Shown here: positions 54,640 to 64,000 of the stretch, piece by piece
How positions within the stretch are numbered: the first letter of the stretch is position 1
Layout of the letters: the number at the start of each line of letters is the position of its first letter
Source of the DNA: the human T2T-CHM13v2.0 reference genome, Homo sapiens
Direction: 5' to 3' (one strand)
DNA length: 64,000 bases
Assembly (NCBI RefSeq): GCF_009914755.1
Contig: NC_060938.1
Made by a program: the position numbers and the translations under genes
The notes under the pieces: generated by a model
Seen by the model: the letters and a program-made list of their open reading frames with translations, nothing else
Databases searched by the model: none
Told to the model about the DNA's origin: nothing

Positions 54640-55437
54640 GAGCTTCTGGAAAAGCCCTTTTTCCTTTAAAAATAAAATAGTTTCAAGGAAGAGACAGTAG
54701 CTCACATTCCCCTGGAAGTTATTGGGTCTGGATAGGAAACTTGGAACTATTGCAGCTATATATACTATATATCTTGTAAATATGAAGCCAATGACAAAGA
54801 TTCTCTCCTTGACCAAACTTTAGTCAGGCTCCTTTGAACCCTCTACTAGGTACAACCTTGGGCTTCTCTGTCCTTGGAGAGTCCAGTTTTAGTAGGAGTC
54901 CTGAGAAGTCAGTTTAGCCAGAATCCTCCCCCAACCCCCAATATCTGATCATCCTCAATATCCAACCAAATTATTCATCACCCAACTTCCCTCAGGTAAT
55001 ATCTGAACACCCTGGCCTGCCTTCAGCAACAATCCTATTAGGCCGGTTTAGCAAAGAATTGGCCTCTTCTCTAAATAATTTTCCACCCGCCCCAGCCCTG
55101 TTCCTTAGCTATGAATCCCCCTCTTTCCTTGTTGAATTCAGAATTGAGCCCATTTCTATTCTGAGGTCTCTTTCCCCTATTACAATAATTTCTGAGTGAA
55201 ATCTGCCTTTACTTCTTTAACTACTTAACTGTCCACCTCTGGTTTTCTTTGACATCAGCCGCTGTAAGAAACCATGTTTGAGGACAGCAAAGCAGGAAGA
55301 AAAATGGACCTGGGTCCTCAATGATCTTTGTGAGCTGCTGATCATACAATGAGTCAAAGTTTATTTGTTTGTTTGTTTGGTGGTTTTTGTTTTGTTTTGT
55401 TTTGTTTTTATAACTTGCTGCAGAAAGTATCTTAACA
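54640..55437 (+). mobile_element. Old MLT1 (J/K/L-like) LTR relic, split by MER31
   Basis: ACCTGGGTCCTCAATGATCTTTGTGAGCTGCTG and ACTTGCTGCAGAAAGTATCTTAAC resemble the MLT1 3' portion. Confidence 0.6.
54792..55254 (+). mobile_element. ERV1 solo LTR MER31-like
   Basis: TGACAAAGATTCTCTCCTTGACCAAACTTTAGTCAGGCTCC start, AGTCAGTTTAGCCAGAATCC, ends TTCTTTGACA. Confidence 0.88.
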
Positions 55438-56550
55438 CAATGCTTTTCTGTGATTGTTGAACCCGGGCATTCCATCCTAGACTAAAAGCATTTTCATAGC
55501 TTTGATCACATAGAAGAAATATCATTTCAAAAGAAGATGGTAAAAGGGAAGAGGAATAGTAAGTGGTGGGTTCAGGAATGAAGGATGACTCTTATACTTA
55601 ATCATATAGTATCCTCTTTTCCCCACATTTTGAGAACCATATCAGTACATCTCTGAAATCAAGAAAAACAAGACAAAGAAATAATATACTTGCCCATAGC
55701 CTTAGGGGTCCCAGGTCCTGGGTAAAGGCATATGCAATTTCACATTACCTAGACAACCACACCCAGTGATCTCTGTGGGAAACTAACACTGATCTTGGCC
55801 TTGCAGGGTGCCCAAGAAACTCCCCTTCCACCCATTAGAACAGCACAGAGCCTTTGAAGAATATGTTAAATGCCTTGTCTTTGTAGAACATTTTTAACTT
55901 GCTACAGTACTTTCAAATCCATTAGCTAATTGCAATCTTCAAAACAGTGTGCTAAGGTAGACATTACCCCCATTTGACAAATGACAAGTGCAGAGTGCAT
56001 GGAGAAGGTGAAAACATTTGCTTAAAATAACCCAACTAACTACACTATGAATAGTCCATAGCCTAAGATTACTTGCTTAGAAAAGCAAATATACTTGGAT
56101 CCTGTTATAAATATGCTCTGCTCAAGATTTTCCAAGATCCAGAAGGGCCACAGTGTATCTGAGTATATGGGTATATACTGAATACATGCTTACCTACCTT
56201 TAATCTCTGCTGTGGCCAGTTTCTATTTCAGCCTTATAATTTTCTGCATTTCCTTCCTCTATTGCTTTTCATCCACACTTTATTTAGGAAATGTTCAACA
56301 GAGAAGCCAGAAAGGTACCTCCTTGGAAAGGTAAGGAGAAGCAATGAACGACAGAGATCAGCTACAACTGGGAAAGGTGCAGCTTTTGCATTGATCAAAC
56401 CAAAAAAAAGTGGTAAAGACTAATGCAGTTCAATTTTTAAATAGAGTTCAAAATAAAACCAAACCCTTAACATCACACATTTACAAAGGAGTCAGTTGTA
56501 AACATACCAAAACAACTAATGACAGAAAAGGGAAATTGGTCTCTGCTTTC

Positions 56551-56846
56551 TTTTTTTTTTTTTTTTTTCTGAGACGGAGTCTCACACTGTCGCCCAGGCT
56601 AGAGTACAGTGGCACAATCTCGGCTCACTGCAAGCTCCGCCTCCTGGGTTCCTGCCATTCTCCTGCCTCAGCCTCCCGTGTAGCTAGGACTACAGGCGCC
56701 CACCACCACGCCCAGCTAATTTTTTGTATTTTTAGTAGAGACGGGGTTTCACCATGTTAGCCAGGATGGTCTCGAGCTCCTGACCTCGTGATCTGCCTGC
56801 CTCGGCCTCCCAAAGTCCTGGGATTACAGGCATGAGCCACCGCGCC
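56551..56846 (-). mobile_element. AluY-like SINE lacking about 5 nt at its 5' end and lacking an evident TSD
   Basis: Reverse dimer with CTGCAAGCTCCGCC and GTTAGCCAGGATGG. Ends CCGCGCC then TCTAGAAAG. Confidence 0.93.
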
Positions 56847-57862
56847 TCTAGAAAGTTTTAAAATAACAATCAAAGGACTAAATAACCAGTTTCAAAATAT
56901 TTGTTGTTAAATTTAATCCTGTTAAAGATAAGATTCAAACTGTTAATTTCAAGTGCTAGAAAAACAAATCAGAAGTGATGGCCACTACTATAAACTATTC
57001 TTTCTTTGATTACCAGTGTAGGAACATATTATTTTACAATACTTTGGTTTTTTATTAGAACTTCACTGCGCCAAAAATAAAAAAATAAAATTTGCACTAT
57101 AAGTTTTCCCGTTTTGTGTGATATAAGGCACAATCCATCTGTTCATTCTCCAGACTTACTGAAGACACGTATTTCTATATTTAAAATTACCCTAACAAGG
57201 TTTTATTACAATGACTCCTATAAGAAATATTCCTTTTCATATTCAATTATATGAAGATTTGTTACCTGGCTTGCCTTGACCTTTTCATTAGATATTATAT
57301 ATATAATTTATTAGAAAGAGAGATTGACCAGGGAATTACCTTCGGAAATGAGGAGGTAGGGAAAGAAGCAGCAAAAATTCTCAGCCAGACTTTGAACAGG
57401 AAGCTTTAGTAAGAGACCTAGAGAAGAAAGATTTAAAAAACTAGATGATACACGGAGAGTACAAGTTACTAGAAAATTGACTAAGCAATTTCTGATACAA
57501 TAGTTTTCTACATTTATAAGCACTCTAAAAGTTTTATTTACATGTATGTACTGTGGGAAATAAAAAAGCAAAATGCATAATCACCGCCATTTAGTAACTT
57601 TATAAAGAACTTTCTTGAACATATTTCAGTAGCTTAGAATTTGTCTGTCATAATATTAAATATGGTAGAATAGATGAACTTAAATCTCATAATTGTATAA
57701 TTTTTATCTTTAAGAAGTATATTTGAAGTTTCTAATGATAAAAAAAAGAATTTGAGGCAAAGAGAGACAATGCACATAACATATAGCCAAAGAAAAAAGA
57801 ACTCCTTTAAAAACTTACAGTGAATATCTTTTAAAAATAAAAGAAGGTTGACACAGAGATCC

Positions 57863-58764
57863 AGGAGCCAAGATGGCCGAATAGGAACAGCTCCGGTCTA
57901 CAGCTCCCAGCGTGAGCCACGCAGAAGACGGGTGATTTCTGCATTTCCATCTGAGGTACCGGGTTCATCTCACTAGGGAGTGCCACACAGTGGGCGCAGG
58001 TCAGTGGGTGCGTGCACCGTGCGCGAGCCGAAGCAGGGCGAGGCATTGCCTCACTCCGGAAGCGCAAGGGGTCAGGGAGTTCCCTTTCCTAGTCAAAGAA
58101 AGGGGTGACGGACGGCACCTGGAAAATCGGCTCGCTCCCACCCGAATACTGCGCTTTTCCGACGGGCTTAAAAAACGGCGCACCGCGAGATTATATCCCG
58201 CACCTGGCTCAGAGGGTCCTACGCCCACGGAATCTCGCTGATTGCTAGCACAGCAGTCTGAGATCAAACTGCAAGGCGGCAGCGAGGCTGGGGGAGGGGC
58301 GCCCACCATTGCCCAGGCTTGCTTAGGTAAACAAAGCAGCCAGGAAGCTCGAACTGGGTGGAGCCCACCACAGCTCAAGGAGGCCTGCCTGCCTCTGTAG
58401 GCTCCACCTCTGGGGGCAGGGCACAGACAAACAAAAAGACAGCAGTAACCTCTGCCGACTTAAATGTCCCTGTCTGACAGCTTTGAAGAGAGCAGTGGTT
58501 CTCCCAGCACACAGCTGGAGATCTGAGAACGGGCAGACTGCCTCCTCAAGTGGGTCCCTGACCCCTGACCACCGAGCAGCCTAACTGGGAGGCACCCCCA
58601 AGCAGGGGCACACTGACACCTCACACAGCAGGGTACTCCAACAGACCTGCAGCTGAGGGTCCTGTCTGTTAGAAGGAAAACTAACAAACAGAAAGGACAT
58701 CCACACCAAAAACCCATCTGTACATCACCATCATCAAAGACCAAAAGTAGATAAAACCACAAAG
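57863..58764 (+). promoter_or_regulatory. L1 5'UTR: internal sense promoter (YY1 site intact) and antisense promoter
   Basis: YY1 motif CAAGATGGCC at 57869-57878. Many CpGs retained in the first 450 bp. Length about 900 nt. Confidence 0.85.
58001..58309 (-). CDS. ORF0: L1 ORF0 (antisense ORF), open, 102 codons
   Basis: ATG at 58309. MVGAPPPASLPPCSLISDCCASNQRDSVGVGPSEPG... matches primate L1 ORF0. No stop until 58001-58003. Expression is not shown. Confidence 0.7.
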   Translation of the reverse strand: MVGAPPPASLPPCSLISDCCASNQRDSVGVGPSEPGAGYNLAVRRFLSPSEKRSIRVGASRFSRCRPSPLSLTRKGNSLTPCASGVRQCLALLRLAHGARTH

Positions 58765-59772
58765 ATGGGGAAAAAACAGAACAGAAAAACTGGAAACTCT
58801 AAAAAGCAGAGTGCCTCTCCTCCTCCAAAGGAATGCAGTTCCTCACCAGCAACGGAACAAAGCTGGACGGAGAATGACTTTGACGAGCTGAGAGAAGAAG
58901 GCTTCAGACGATCAAATTACTCTGAGCTATGGGAGGACATTCAAACCAAAGGCAAAGAAGTTGAAAACTTTGAAAAAAATTTAGAAGAATGTATAACTAG
59001 AATAACCAATACAGAGAAGTGCTTAAAGGAGCTGATGGAGCTGAAGACCAAGGCTCGAGAACTACGTGAAGAATGTAGAAGCCTCAGGAGCCGATGCGAT
59101 CAACTGGGAGAAAGGGTATCAGCAATGGAAGATGAAATGAAGCAAGAAGGGAAGTTTAGAGAAAAAAGAATAAAAAGAAACGAGCAAAGCCTCCAAGAAA
59201 TATGGGACTATGTGAAAAGACCAAATCTACATCTGATTGGTGTACCTGAAAGTGATGGGGAGAATGGAACCAAGTTGGAAAACACTCTGCAGGATATTAT
59301 CCAGGAGAACTTCCCCAATCTAGCAAGGCAGGCCAACGTTCAGATTCAGGAAATACAGAGAACGCCACAAAGATACTCCTCGAGAAGAGCAACTCCAAGA
59401 CACATAATTGTCAGATTCACCAAAGTTGAAATGAAGGAAAAAATGTTAAGGGCAGCCAGAGAGAAAGGTCGGGTCACCCTCAAAGGGAAGCCCATCAGAC
59501 TAACAGCGGATCTCTCGGCAGAAACCCTACAAGCCAGAAGAGAGTGGGGGCCAATATTCAACATTCTTTAAGAAAAGAATTTTCAACCCAGAATTTCATA
59601 TCCAGCCAAACTAAGCTTCATCAGTGAAGGAGAAATAAAATGCTTTACAGACTAGCAAATGCTGAGAGATTTTGTCACCACCAGACCTGCCCTAAAAGAG
59701 CTCCTGAAGGAAGCACTAAACATGGAAAGAAACAACCGGTACCAGCCGCTGCAAAATCATGCCAAAATGTAA
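58765..59772 (+). pseudogene. ORF1: L1 ORF1p, disrupted
   Basis: MGKKQNRKTGNSK... with premature TAA at 59569-59571 and TAG at 59653-59655. In-frame 3-codon loss in the coiled coil (MEDEMKQEGK vs consensus MEDEMNEMKREGK). Natural stop at 59770-59772. Confidence 0.95.
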
Positions 59773-59835
59773 AGACCATCGAGACTAGGAAGAAACTGCA
59801 TCAACTAACGAGCAAAATCACCAGCTAACATCATA

Positions 59836-63663
<3,828 letters not shown>

Positions 63664-64000
63664 ACAATGAGATCACCTGGACACAGGAAGGGGAACATCA
63701 CACTCTGGGGACTGTTGTGGGGTGGGGGGAGGGGGGAGGGATAGCATTGGGAGATATACCTAATGCTAGATGATGAGTTAGTGGGTGCAGCGCACCAGCA
63801 TGGCACATGTATACATACGTAACTAACCTGCACAATGTGCACATGTACCCTAAAACTTAAAGTATAATAATAAAAATAAATAAATAAAAAATAAATAAAA
63901 AAAAGAAGTCAACACAGAGAATTTAAAAAAAAAATAAAAGAAGGTTGTATATTCATGAAAAAAGAATAGAAGAATAGAAGGGTATGGAAAGAGGGAAGTC

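Overview
This is primate (almost certainly human) nuclear genomic DNA, AT-rich, intronic or intergenic. I recognise no host protein-coding exon; the short ORFs in the track are Alu/L1/L2/LTR-derived or chance frames. Roughly half of the window is transposon-derived: about 17 Alu/FLAM copies, a full-length but ORF1/ORF2-disabled L1PA3/L1PA2-type LINE-1 at 57.86-63.90 kb, older L1PA/L1M fragments, L2 and MIR relics, about 12 solo LTRs (four of the MER34/MER39 group, plus THE1, MLT1, MLT2, MER31, LTR16) and DNA-transposon remnants (Tigger3a, MER5, MER20). I cannot support a new multi-gene system. The most notable signals are retrotransposition fossils and a possible L1-antisense transcription unit: (1) a tailless, 3'-truncated tRNA-Met retrocopy with a perfect 19-bp target-site duplication (TSD); (2) a nested double-duplication signature around the full-length L1; (3) an intact, C-terminally extended ORF0 whose second splice donor is in frame with a candidate 70-nt minus-strand exon 23.6 kb away; (4) a tail-less left-monomer-only Alu with a perfect TSD. 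There are also candidate CTCF and SOX/Forkhead regulatory motifs in repeat-poor unique DNA. Repeat names and subfamilies come from my recollection of consensus sequences. Boundaries of old repeats are approximate and need RepeatMasker/Dfam confirmation.
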